64,000 nucleotides of DNA, from assembly GCA_963825515.1 (NCBI GenBank), contig CAWGTI010000005.1, forward strand, positions 6,396-70,395. Direction: 5' to 3'. The DNA comes from an uncultured Solirubrobacterales bacterium (lineage in GTDB: Bacteria > Actinomycetota > Thermoleophilia > Solirubrobacterales > Solirubrobacteraceae). The notes under the pieces are model-generated. The model made no database searches. It was not told the DNA's origin and saw only the letters and a program-made list of their open reading frames with translations. Of this stretch, positions 17,878 through 26,443 are shown piece after piece (within the stretch, counting starts at the first letter, position 1; each line of letters opens with the position of its first letter). The position numbers were made by a program, and so were the translations under genes.

Positions 17878-18636
17878 TCAGCCGACGACGGTCGCCAGGT
17901 ACCACTCGACGATCGCGTCGCCTGCGAACAGGCCGACGAGTCCGCCGAGGGCGAGGAAGGGCCCGAACGGGACCGCGGTCTTGCGCCCCTCGGCCGCGCC
18001 CTTGCGGGCGATGACGGCCATGCCGACGAGCGTGCCCGCCAGCAGCGCGACGAGCATCGCGGGGCCCACGTCGCGCCCGAGGAACAGCCCCATCACGGCG
18101 GCGAGCTTGACGTCCCCCATTCCCATGCCGGCGGGATAGGCCAGCGCGGCGAGCAGCAGGAAGCCGCCCGCGCCCCCGCCGGCGATCAGCCGCTCGGTGA
18201 GGCTCGCGCCGTCGATGGCCACCGCGACGCCGATCGCCACGACCGCGGCCGGGCCGACGAGCACGTTGGGGATGATCCGGTGGTCGAGGTCGATGAGCGC
18301 GACCGGGACGAGGAGGGTGACGAAGATGATCGGCAGCACGACGTCGCGGTCGATGCCGAAGCGCCAGGCGCAGCCCGCGTACAGCACGGCGGTGAGCGCC
18401 TCGACGATGGGGTAGCGCGCCGAGATCGGCTCTGCGCACGCTCGGCAGCGCCCGCGCAGCAGCAGCCACGAGAAGACGGGGATGTTGTCGTAGGGCTTGA
18501 CGGGCGTCTCGCAGCTGGGGCACCGCGACGCGGGGGTGTTCAGCGACTCGTGGCGCGGCAGCCGGTAGGCGACGACGTTCAGGAACGAGCCCAGAACGGC
18601 GCCCAGAACGGGGGCGAGGACGGTCACGGCGAACAC
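17878..18636 (-). CDS. pilD: Prepilin peptidase (A24 family)
   Basis: 252 aa; LGSFLNVVAYRLP...CPSC...C..C zinc motif, LIDLDHRIIPN and GMGDVKL catalytic Asp motifs. Confidence 0.9.
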   Translation of the reverse strand: MFAVTVLAPVLGAVLGSFLNVVAYRLPRHESLNTPASRCPSCETPVKPYDNIPVFSWLLLRGRCRACAEPISARYPIVEALTAVLYAGCAWRFGIDRDVVLPIIFVTLLVPVALIDLDHRIIPNVLVGPAAVVAIGVAVAIDGASLTERLIAGGGAGGFLLLAALAYPAGMGMGDVKLAAVMGLFLGRDVGPAMLVALLAGTLVGMAVIARKGAAEGRKTAVPFGPFLALGGLVGLFAGDAIVEWYLATVVG

Positions 18637-18664
18637 CTCGATGCGGTGGAAGGGTACGGTCCCA

Positions 18665-19330
18665 TCAGCAGCCGGTCCACGGGTCGTCGGACGGGCCAGG
18701 GATCGATCCGCGGCACTCGCGGATCGAGTCGTTCTTGAGCGTGAAGAGCTCGAGGTTGTGGTTCTGGACCAGGGCCAGGAGGCTGCCCACCGACCGGGTG
18801 CCCGGGGCCTGGATCTCCACGCCGAAGCGGCGCTTGACCTGGCGCCCCGGCCGTCCCGCCGTGCCGATGGCGACGATGCGGCGGTCCAGCAGCGCCCCGG
18901 CGGCGGTGAGGTCCAGGTCGACGGTGCTGGAGACCCGGTACTCGACGGTGGCGCCGTTGCCGAGATCCTCCGTGACCCCGGGGCAGTAGCGCCGGTTGGC
19001 GGAGAAGATCGTGTTGATGATCGGCACGGACTCCAGCGCGCCGCCGGGGCTCACGCGCGCCAGGCACTGCTCGGCCAGGTTGAGCGGGTTCGCGGGGTTG
19101 GCGAGCAGGAACGAGAGGTCGAAGGACACCGCGTTGGTCCGGAAGACCGCCATCCTCATGCCGGTCTCGGCCGCCTGCAGCGCGCGCTTGGAGTCCAGGT
19201 CGCGGCGCGCCGTGTCGGTCGTTCCCTGCGCGCGCAGCGCCGCGGCCGACACGAGCAGCAGGCTGATGAACAGGATCGCGATCGACGCCGGAAGGGCGAT
19301 GCCGCGCTGATCGTGGCGCAGGCGGCTCAT
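18665..19330 (-). CDS. PilX-like minor pilin / pilus-associated protein
   Basis: ATG at 19330 (MSRLRHDQRGIALPASIAILFISLLLVSAAAL) within ORF 18665..19441. ATGA overlap with the upstream minor pilin. Confidence 0.65.
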   Translation of the reverse strand: MSRLRHDQRGIALPASIAILFISLLLVSAAALRAQGTTDTARRDLDSKRALQAAETGMRMAVFRTNAVSFDLSFLLANPANPLNLAEQCLARVSPGGALESVPIINTIFSANRRYCPGVTEDLGNGATVEYRVSSTVDLDLTAAGALLDRRIVAIGTAGRPGRQVKRRFGVEIQAPGTRSVGSLLALVQNHNLELFTLKNDSIRECRGSIPGPSDDPWTGC

Positions 19331-20118
19331 GGCGCCGGGTTGCAGACCGGGAGGAAGAGGACGACCAGGCAGTTGGCGCCGATGTTGCCGCCGCTGTTGA
19401 ACACGCCGGACGACGGATTCGGGACGAGCGTCGAGATCCACACCGGACGGTGGGGTCCGGCCTGGTTGCCGGCGGCCGGCAGCGTGACGGCGACGGTGAC
19501 GCGCTTGGTGGTCTGCGCGGAGGAGCAGAAGATGTTCAGCCGCGTGCCGAGCAGGCTGTTGCGCAGCGCGTCGCTCAGACCGCTGAGCAGGGGCCCGAGG
19601 AGGCTGGCCAGGAGGGTGTCCAGGAAGCCGCCGCCGGCGATCTGCGGGAGGCAGACCTCGCGGTCCTTCCAGGTCACGAACCGGTGGACCGTGGCGCCGT
19701 CCACCGTGCCGGTCGGCGTGGCTCCGCCGGCGACGCTGACGATGGGCTCGCCGGTGGCGGCGGTGCCCGTCAGCGGACCCGGTGTCTCCGCGTTGAAGTT
19801 CTGGCGCACGCGCAGGCAGGTCTCCAGGCCTCCCGGCGACGGGTTCCCGCAGTTCGTGTTGGCCACCAGATGCGAGCGCGGGTCGAACTGCGTGGCCACC
19901 GGCACGGGGTTGGAGGCCAGGCCGAGCTTGTCCCAGGGGCGCTGGGCCAGGCGCTCGACCTCGCGCTCGGCGATCGCGGCCATCTGGCTCTGGCGCTGCG
20001 CCGTGAGCGTCTGCTTCTGCGGCGCCGCGAAGGACACGAGCGTGAAGGCCAGTCCGATCGCGAGCAGGAGCGCCGCCGCGAGGACCTCGATCAGGCTGAA
20101 GCCGCGTTCATCCCGCAT
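19327..20118 (-). CDS. Minor pilin with prepilin-type N-terminal cleavage/methylation domain
   Basis: MRDERG|FSLIEVLAAALLLAIGLAF is the class III signal. Confidence 0.8.
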   Translation of the reverse strand: MRDERGFSLIEVLAAALLLAIGLAFTLVSFAAPQKQTLTAQRQSQMAAIAEREVERLAQRPWDKLGLASNPVPVATQFDPRSHLVANTNCGNPSPGGLETCLRVRQNFNAETPGPLTGTAATGEPIVSVAGGATPTGTVDGATVHRFVTWKDREVCLPQIAGGGFLDTLLASLLGPLLSGLSDALRNSLLGTRLNIFCSSAQTTKRVTVAVTLPAAGNQAGPHRPVWISTLVPNPSSGVFNSGGNIGANCLVVLFLPVCNPAP

Positions 20119-20701
20119 TGCGCAGGCTCACCCCCCCGCGGAGCGTCACGGTGCGGTTGCGGCAGGTGGCGCGAGACTCGCCGTCGCAGTTGACGCCGGC
20201 CACGAGGCGGACGTCGACGCTCGTCGCCGGGCGGCCGCCACAGGCCGCCGGCGGTGCGACGTCGGGCGTCATCTGGACGGGCTCGCCGTTGGCGTCGCGG
20301 CAGGCGAGCCGCAGCACGTCGGAGTTCTGGATCTGCGTGGCGGCGCGCGCCGCGGTGCCGGCGCCGACCTGGCGCCCGCAGGCGGTGTTCGCACTGAGGC
20401 GGCAGTCCCAGGTCACGCTGGGCGCGGGCGCCAGGAACTGCATCACGACGGCGCGGCCGGCGCTGCCGGCCACGTAGGCGGCCGACGTGGCCTGGCGCGC
20501 GTCGCGCGTGAAGCGCTCGAGCGCGACGTCCAGCTGCTCGACCTTCACGCCGCGGTTGCTGTTGGTCGCCTCGGCACGGACGGCGGCCAGGACGACGGTG
20601 AGGGTCCCGCCGAGCACCGCCAGGCTCGCAAGCAGGGAGACGACCAGTTCGATCAGCGTGAACCCGCGCTGGTCGCGCGCGGACGGCCCTGGCATGCGCA
20701 T
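20108..20701 (-). CDS. Minor pilin with prepilin-type N-terminal cleavage/methylation domain
   Basis: ATG at 20701 (MRMPGPSARDQRG|FTLIELVVSLLASLAVL) within ORF 20108..20806. Confidence 0.8.
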   Translation of the reverse strand: MRMPGPSARDQRGFTLIELVVSLLASLAVLGGTLTVVLAAVRAEATNSNRGVKVEQLDVALERFTRDARQATSAAYVAGSAGRAVVMQFLAPAPSVTWDCRLSANTACGRQVGAGTAARAATQIQNSDVLRLACRDANGEPVQMTPDVAPPAACGGRPATSVDVRLVAGVNCDGESRATCRNRTVTLRGGVSLRNAG

Positions 20702-20847
20702 GGGCAGCCCATCGACGCGGGCGCCCGCCGTCGTGAACACCGGCCGGCCCGACTGGACGTCTGTGCCAGAACGACAACGGGCGGCCCGAGGGCCGCCCGT
20801 CGTCATGCTCCTTGCGCGGGCTCCCGGAGCGGGAGACCCTTACGCGA

Positions 20848-21309
20848 CTACCAGGTGCCTGCGCCGTCCCCGTCGGGGTCGTTGCAGCCGCCGTCCTGCG
20901 CGCCGACGGCGATGGTGCAGGTACGCGTCACGACGCCGGTGTTGGCGCGAGCGACGGTGTACGTGCGGCCGGCCGGGTCGCTGACGACCGCGAGGCTGTA
21001 GCTGTCAGCCGCGGGGGCCGTGGTCAGGCGGGCGCCCAGCTCGTTCAGCGTGGGCTCGGTGTCCTGCAGCTCGGCCGCGGTGCCCGTGGTGTAGACGCCG
21101 TTGTTGTCGGTCGCCACGGTCTCCATGGCGGTCTGGGCCGTACGGGCGCCGGACTTGGCCTCGGCGTCGTTGGCCTTGGTGCGCTGGCTGAGGAACGACG
21201 GGATGGCGATCGCGGCGAGGATGCCGATGATCAGGATGACGACCAGGAGCTCGATGAGCGTGAACCCCTTCTCGTCGCGAGCGCGGGTGCGCAGCGAAGA
21301 AAACAGCAT
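20848..21309 (-). CDS. pilA: Major type IV pilin
   Basis: MLFSSLRTRARDEKG|FTLIELLVVILIIGILAAIAIPSF, with a C-terminal Cys pair (CTIAVGAQDGGC). Confidence 0.9.
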   Translation of the reverse strand: MLFSSLRTRARDEKGFTLIELLVVILIIGILAAIAIPSFLSQRTKANDAEAKSGARTAQTAMETVATDNNGVYTTGTAAELQDTEPTLNELGARLTTAPAADSYSLAVVSDPAGRTYTVARANTGVVTRTCTIAVGAQDGGCNDPDGDGAGTW

Positions 21310-21578
21310 GTGAAATCCCTCCAGGGACTGGTGTTGGACAGGTAGCCAGTCCTCGGAGTCCTCGGTGGCAACCCGGCTGGCTCCGCAAGCGGAGCTCCTG
21401 GGCTTTGCGTCCCGCTCTCACGAGCGGTTTGCCCTCAGCACCTCGGTCTGGCAAGGGGTCAGATCGGCCGGGGTCCGGGTGGCCTTGACGAGAGTGGCCA
21501 CCGGACTGGACGCATGGGCACGGCAGGCTGGACTTGGGCGACGGCGCGGGGCAGAATTGGCCCATGCCGGGGGTAGGG

Positions 21579-22898
21579 ATGCCGACACCGGGCTCGCGCA
21601 CGGCCGCCGCCGTGCTCTTGACGCTGGTCGCGCTGCTGGCGGTGGGGCCGCGGGCCGCCGCGCAGGACTCCAAGTCCGGCCGCGCCTCCCCGCGCGAGAC
21701 CGTCCGCGAGCAGCCCGGCGAGACCGCCGTCGACCTGGGCCGGCGCCCGGTGCAGGATGTCCCGCAGCTCGGCCCGCGCGACGACGACTCGGTCATCACC
21801 GACGTCGTCGAGGTCGTGCCCGTGCCGGTGCGCATCGCGCTCGCCGTGCTGGCCGCGCTCGTGCTGCTGATGGGCGTCTACACGATCACCACCGCCGCGC
21901 GCGCCCGCGGGCTGCAGCGCCAGCGCGCGGAACTGCTGGCGGACATCGGGCTCCTGCAGACCGCGCTGCTGCCCGCCGTGCCCGAGCGCCTGGGGTCGCT
22001 GCTCACCACGGTCGCCTACCGCCCGGCCGAGGGGCCGGCGGCGGGCGGTGACTTCTACGACGCCTTCGCGCTGCCCGAGGGACGCGTCGGCCTGCTCCTC
22101 GGCGACGTCTCCGGCCACGGGCGCCAGGCGCTGGCCAAGACCACGCTCGTGCGCTTCACGGTGCGCGCCCACCTGGAGGCCGGCCTGTCGCCCAGCGAGG
22201 CGCTGGCGATCTCCGGCCGCGCACTGGACGGCCATCTCAGCGACGACTTCGCGACCGTGGTGGCGGCGATCCACGATCCCGCGGCCGCGACGCTGACCCA
22301 CGCCGGCGCGGGCCACCCGCCGCCGCTGGTCCTGGGGCCCGCCGCGCACGAGCCGGTCACCGCGTCCTCCGCCCCGCCCGTCGGCGCCGGCTTTGCCACC
22401 GGACAGCGCGAGACCGTGCTGCCGATGCCCGAGGGCTCCACCGTCTGCCTGTACTCCGACGGCCTGCTGGAGGCGCGCATCGCGGGCCGCCCGCTCGGCG
22501 CGCCGCTCCTGACCGAATGGCTGGCCGAGCTCGGTCCCGGAGCCACCGCTCAGGACCTGCTCGACCTCGTCGTCGCGCGCGCGGACCGCGTGCCCGACGA
22601 CCTCGCCGCCTGCGTCCTGCACGCGGCGCCGGGCGCCGAGGGCCCCGCCGTGCGCGTAGAGCTGCTCAAGCTCGACGTTCTCGACGTCGACGCGCCGCGC
22701 CTGGACGGCTTCCTGGCGGGCTGCGGCATCGGCGAGCGCGAGGCGGCCGCCACCGGCCGGCGGGTGAGCGAGCAGCTCGCGCTGTCGGGCAAGGTCGTCG
22801 TCGAGGTGCGGATCGGCAAGAGCACCACGCTGCGGGTCACGCCGGTGGGCGCGGGGGCGGCCCCGGTCAGAGCCGAGTCAGCCCCGCAGATGGGGTAG
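21579..22898 (+). CDS. Membrane-associated PP2C/SpoIIE-family serine phosphatase
   Basis: ORF 21534..22898; the start is uncertain (ATG 21579 gives a signal-like MPTPGSRTAAAVLLTLVALLAV). Motifs GGDFYDAF, LLLGDVSGHG, LYSDGLLE. The ~90-aa C-terminal domain is uncharacterised. Confidence 0.85.
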   Translation: MPTPGSRTAAAVLLTLVALLAVGPRAAAQDSKSGRASPRETVREQPGETAVDLGRRPVQDVPQLGPRDDDSVITDVVEVVPVPVRIALAVLAALVLLMGVYTITTAARARGLQRQRAELLADIGLLQTALLPAVPERLGSLLTTVAYRPAEGPAAGGDFYDAFALPEGRVGLLLGDVSGHGRQALAKTTLVRFTVRAHLEAGLSPSEALAISGRALDGHLSDDFATVVAAIHDPAAATLTHAGAGHPPPLVLGPAAHEPVTASSAPPVGAGFATGQRETVLPMPEGSTVCLYSDGLLEARIAGRPLGAPLLTEWLAELGPGATAQDLLDLVVARADRVPDDLAACVLHAAPGAEGPAVRVELLKLDVLDVDAPRLDGFLAGCGIGEREAAATGRRVSEQLALSGKVVVEVRIGKSTTLRVTPVGAGAAPVRAESAPQMG

Positions 22899-22915
22899 GG
22901 CGCGTTCGCTGAACG

Positions 22916-22941
22916 ATTGTGGGGGCCCTGGCCCCCACAAT
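22916..22941 (+). terminator. Strong GC hairpin 18 nt after the phosphatase stop (putative intrinsic terminator, no U-tract)
   Basis: attgtgggggc-cctg-gcccccacaat: an 11-bp perfect stem. Confidence 0.45.
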
Positions 22942-23011
22942 GCTCCATCGAGCGCCGGGCCGCGTGGTTCAGACCGGGTACCGCGGTCGGGTCGATGGGT
23001 AGCGTGACGCC

Positions 23012-23920
23012 ATGGCCGCCACCGGCCGCTACGCGCCCTCGCCGACCGGGGCGCTGCACCTGGGCAACCTGCGCACCGCGCTGCTGGCCTGGCTGTTCGC
23101 GCGCTCCCACGGAGCGCGGTTTCTCGTGCGCGTCGAGGACCTCGACACCGGCCGCGTGCGCGCCGGCGTCGCCGAGCAGCAGCTCGCCGACCTCGCCGCG
23201 CTGGGCCTGGACTGGGACGGGCCGGTCGTGCGCCAGTCCGGGCGCCGCGGGCTCTACGACGACGCGATCGCGCGGCTGGACGGCGAGGGGCGGCTGTACG
23301 CGTGCTACTGCACGCGCGCCGAGATCCGGGACGCCGCGTCGGCGCCACACGGGCCGCTGCCCGAGGGCGCCTATCCCGGGACCTGCCGGAAGCTGAGCGC
23401 GGCGCAGCACGCCGAGCGCGCGCGATCCGGCCGCCCGCCGGCGCTGCGCCTGCGCGCCGAGAGCGCGCACGTGGCCTTCGTCGACCGGCTCGCCGGGCCG
23501 CAGGTGGGCGTGGTCGACGATCTGGTCATCCGCCGCAACGACGGCGCGCCGGCCTACAACCTCGCGGTGGTGGTGGACGACGCGCAGCAGGGGGTCACCG
23601 ATGTGGTGCGCGGAGATGACCTGCTGGACTCGACGCCGCGCCAGCTGCACCTCGCGGCGCTGCTCGGACTGGACGCGCCGCGCCACGCGCACGTGCCCTT
23701 GGTGCTCGGCCCCGACGGCGCGCGCCTGGCCAAGCGCCACGGCGCGGTCACGCTGGCCGACCGGGCGGCGGCGGGCGAGTCGCCGGCCGAGGTCCGCGCG
23801 AGCCTGGCCGCCTCGGTCGGGCTGACCGAGCCGGGCGAGAGCCCGTCGATGGCCGACCTGCTCGCCCGCTTCGACCCGTCCGGCCTCCCCCGCGAGCCGA
23901 CCGTGCTGGCGGCGTCATGA
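23012..23920 (+). CDS. gluQ: Glutamyl-Q tRNA(Asp) synthetase
   Basis: 302 aa, a truncated GluRS-like catalytic core: RYAPSPTGALHLGNLRTAL...CYCTRAEI...DDLVIRRNDGAPAYNLAVVVDD...LAKRHG. Confidence 0.9.
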   Translation: MAATGRYAPSPTGALHLGNLRTALLAWLFARSHGARFLVRVEDLDTGRVRAGVAEQQLADLAALGLDWDGPVVRQSGRRGLYDDAIARLDGEGRLYACYCTRAEIRDAASAPHGPLPEGAYPGTCRKLSAAQHAERARSGRPPALRLRAESAHVAFVDRLAGPQVGVVDDLVIRRNDGAPAYNLAVVVDDAQQGVTDVVRGDDLLDSTPRQLHLAALLGLDAPRHAHVPLVLGPDGARLAKRHGAVTLADRAAAGESPAEVRASLAASVGLTEPGESPSMADLLARFDPSGLPREPTVLAAS

Positions 23921-24159
23921 ACGTCCTTCGCATCTGGCTGCCCGCGGCGGTCTGCCTCACCGGCCTGGTCATCTGGGGCATCCGCCGCGACCTCAACGGC
24001 TTCGAGGCCGCGTGCGCCTTCATCGGCGCGGGCGCCTCGATCTGGCTGCTCAACCTGCTGCACCGCATCGGCGTCAGCGGCGACGTGGAACGCGACGAGG
24101 AGGAGGCCGCGCGCGAGCACTTCACGCGCACCGGCCACTGGCCCGACGAGGAGACCTGA
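23917..24159 (+). CDS. Small two-TM membrane protein
   Basis: 80 aa with an ATGA overlap with the gluQ stop. Hydrophobic helices AAVCLTGLVIWGI and AFIGAGASIWLLNLL, then an acidic tail. Confidence 0.6.
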   Translation: MNVLRIWLPAAVCLTGLVIWGIRRDLNGFEAACAFIGAGASIWLLNLLHRIGVSGDVERDEEEAAREHFTRTGHWPDEET

Positions 24160-24208
24160 GGCGGCTTCGCCCGCGCGGCTCCCGCCCCGCCGGTAGGGTC
24201 GGGCCGCC

Positions 24209-25384
24209 ATGAGCGGCCTGGCCTCCTCGCGCGACGTATCCGAGCTCAGCGCGCGCGCCAGGGAGACCGGCCGGCTGGGCATCGACACGGAGTTCATGGG
24301 CGAGGGGCGCTACCGGACGCTGCTGTGCCTGGTCCAGGTCGCCGTGGAGGAGCCCGACGGAAGCGTGCGCATCGACGTGATCGATCCGCTCGACCCGACG
24401 CTGGACGTGCGCCCGCTGGCCGCGGTCCTCGCCGATCCCGCCGTCGAGATCGTGATGCACGCCGGGCGCCAGGACGTCGCGCTGCTGCGCCGCACGTGGG
24501 CGACGGACATCACCAACCTGTTCGACACGCAGCTCGCGGCGGGCTTCGCCGGCCTGCGCGCCCAGCTCGGCTACGAGGCGCTGCTGCACGAGCTGCTCGG
24601 CGTGCGCCTGCACAAGAGCGCGAGCTTCACCCGCTGGGACGCGCGCCCGCTGAGCGACGAGCAGGTCGACTACGCGCGCGACGACGTCCGCCACCTGCTC
24701 GACGCGGCCCGCGTGCTGCAGGAGCGCCTGGCCGAGAGCGGCCGCCTGGAGTGGGCGCGCGAGGAGTGCCGCGTGCTCGCCGAGGTCACGGACGACCGCG
24801 ACGCCGACGTGATCTTCGGCCGCCTGCCGCGCATCCACTCGCTGGAGCCCAAGGTGCGCGCGGTCGCGCGCGAGCTCGTGGACTGGCGCGAGGACACCGC
24901 CCGCGGCGAGGACCGCCCGGTCCCCTCCGTGCTGAGCGACGCGGCCCTGGTCGAGGTGGCCAAGCGCCGGCCGGGGGCCATCGCCCAGCTCGAGCAGATC
25001 CGCGGGATCAACGAGCACACGCTGCGCCGCCGTGGCCGCGCGATCCTGTCCGCCGTGGAGCGCGGGCGCGAGCGCGACCCGATCGCCGTGGACGGCGAGC
25101 GCGCCGCGCGGCCCGACCCGCTGGACGCCCCGGTCATCGCGCTGGCCGAGGCACTCGTGCGCGCGCGCGCCCTGGAGGCCGGGCTGGCCTACGAGCTGAT
25201 CGCCGCCCGCGCCGACCTGCAGCGCGTCGCGCTGGCGGTGCGCGACGGCGAGCCGGAGCCCGACGTGCGCACGCTGCGCGGCTGGCGCCGTGAGGTGGTC
25301 GGCGCCGAGCTGATCGAGCTGCTCGGCGGCCGGCGCACCCTCACGGTCGGCGCCGATCGGCGCCTGTCGGTCGTCGAGCGCTAG
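24209..25384 (+). CDS. rnd: Ribonuclease D
   Basis: 391 aa. DEDD exonuclease motifs (GIDTEF, HAGRQDV, YARDDV) plus an HRDC region (VLSDAALVEVAKRRP). Confidence 0.9.
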   Translation: MSGLASSRDVSELSARARETGRLGIDTEFMGEGRYRTLLCLVQVAVEEPDGSVRIDVIDPLDPTLDVRPLAAVLADPAVEIVMHAGRQDVALLRRTWATDITNLFDTQLAAGFAGLRAQLGYEALLHELLGVRLHKSASFTRWDARPLSDEQVDYARDDVRHLLDAARVLQERLAESGRLEWAREECRVLAEVTDDRDADVIFGRLPRIHSLEPKVRAVARELVDWREDTARGEDRPVPSVLSDAALVEVAKRRPGAIAQLEQIRGINEHTLRRRGRAILSAVERGRERDPIAVDGERAARPDPLDAPVIALAEALVRARALEAGLAYELIAARADLQRVALAVRDGEPEPDVRTLRGWRREVVGAELIELLGGRRTLTVGADRRLSVVER

Positions 25385-25547
25385 TGGTGCCGAACGGAAG
25401 TACGGGCTGGCTCTCGGCGTCGAGGAGCGAGGCTGGGGCCGCACGCGATCAGCCGCGAATGGCAGCGCCATTCGGGCGATCGTGGGTGGCTCCAGGCGAT
25501 GCTCATCGGTGGCGAGAGATGAGCGTACTTCTGTGAGGTACCACTAG
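25381..25547. mobile_element. 167-bp imperfect palindromic, CTAG-terminated MITE-like element between convergent genes
   Basis: The left end CTAGTGGTGCCGAACGGAAGTACG pairs with the right end CGTACTTCTGTGAGGTACCACTAG. Arm complementarity continues to a central GCGAATGGC-agc-GCCATTCG hairpin at about 25464. Confidence 0.55.
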
Positions 25548-26302
25548 GCGCGGGCCTTCGCGCGCGACGTGGTCTTGCGGCCGCTGGCGGCGGTCGTCTT
25601 GCGGCCGTTGCTCGCCGTCGTCTTCCGTGCGCTGCTCGCCGTCGTCTTCCGAGCGCTGCTCGCCGTGGTCTTGCGGCCGTTGCTCGAGGCGCTACGCGAG
25701 GACGCGCGGCGCGAGCTCGTCCGGGCCCGCCCGTTGGTCTTGCGCTCGGCCGCGGGGATCTCCTCGGTGGCCACCGCGCGGGTCAGCGTGGGGATCAGGC
25801 GGGCGAGGAAGGACGCCATGCGCTCCTCGTCGCGGCGGATGCGCTTGGCCAGCGCGGCCGTCTCGCGGTCGCCGACGGCCTCGGCGAGGGCCTCGATCGC
25901 GGTGTAGGTCGCGATCTCCTCGGCCTCCTCGGCGTACTCGGTCTTGGCGTTCTTGAGCAGCTTCTCCTGCTCGCTGGTGCCGCGCAGCATGTGGATCGGC
26001 CCCTGTGCGAGCGCGGCGCCCTTGCGCACCGCGGACTGCGCGCTCGCCGCCACGTCGGTGACCACGCCGGGACCGGGCACGTCGATCTCCTCGGCCTTGC
26101 CGCCGAGCTTCTTGATGCGGGCCTTGACCTCACGAGCGTGGGCCTTGGTCTCCTTCAGATGGTCCTTCAGCCGCTTCTTGTAGGAGTCGCGCGTGGTCAT
26201 GGCGATGTGCGCCTGCAGCGCCGTCTCCAGCTGGCGCTCCTTGCCGTAGGCCTCGTTGAGGTACTGGATGAGCTTGGCGTCGCGGGTCGTGACTTCGGCC
26301 AT
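25544..26302 (-). CDS. Ferritin-like DUF892 (YciE/YciF-type) protein with a repetitive basic C-terminal tail
   Basis: 252 aa; AKLIQYLNEAYGKERQLETALQAHI...EEAEEIATYTAIEALAE. The tail is GRKTTASSARKTTASSARKTTASNGRKTTAASGRKTTS. Confidence 0.85.
   Translation of the reverse strand: MAEVTTRDAKLIQYLNEAYGKERQLETALQAHIAMTTRDSYKKRLKDHLKETKAHAREVKARIKKLGGKAEEIDVPGPGVVTDVAASAQSAVRKGAALAQGPIHMLRGTSEQEKLLKNAKTEYAEEAEEIATYTAIEALAEAVGDRETAALAKRIRRDEERMASFLARLIPTLTRAVATEEIPAAERKTNGRARTSSRRASSRSASSNGRKTTASSARKTTASSARKTTASNGRKTTAASGRKTTSRAKARA
25572..25691. repeat. Five imperfect 24-bp tandem repeats, in-frame within the DUF892 gene
   Basis: Units start gtcttgcgg/gtcttccg at 25572, 25596, 25620, 25644 and 25668. 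They encode the 8-aa xxRKTTAS repeats. Confidence 0.85.
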
Positions 26303-26443
26303 GCGTACTCCCTTAAGGTCGATTTGCTCGTCCTTTGTGGCCTACCCGGTGCACGTCGCTGTGAACATGCCTAACGCACTGTCTCCCCCTCGCTGAGCAT
26401 CCCTGTGCCACGTGCGGCGGGGCGGGCGCGGTCGGCGAGGGAG

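Noticed and set aside
21310-21450. A sigma-54 (-24 TGGCAC / -12 TTGC) promoter upstream of pilA.
   Set aside because: The closest match, CTGGCTACCTGTCCAAC, lacks the -12 TTGC element. No convincing site was found.
22550-25471. ORFs 22550..23740(-) and 24122..25471(-), 396 and 449 aa.
   Set aside because: They are antisense to gluQ and rnd, which have clear catalytic motifs. Their translations are Arg/Ala/Gly-rich shadow sequence.
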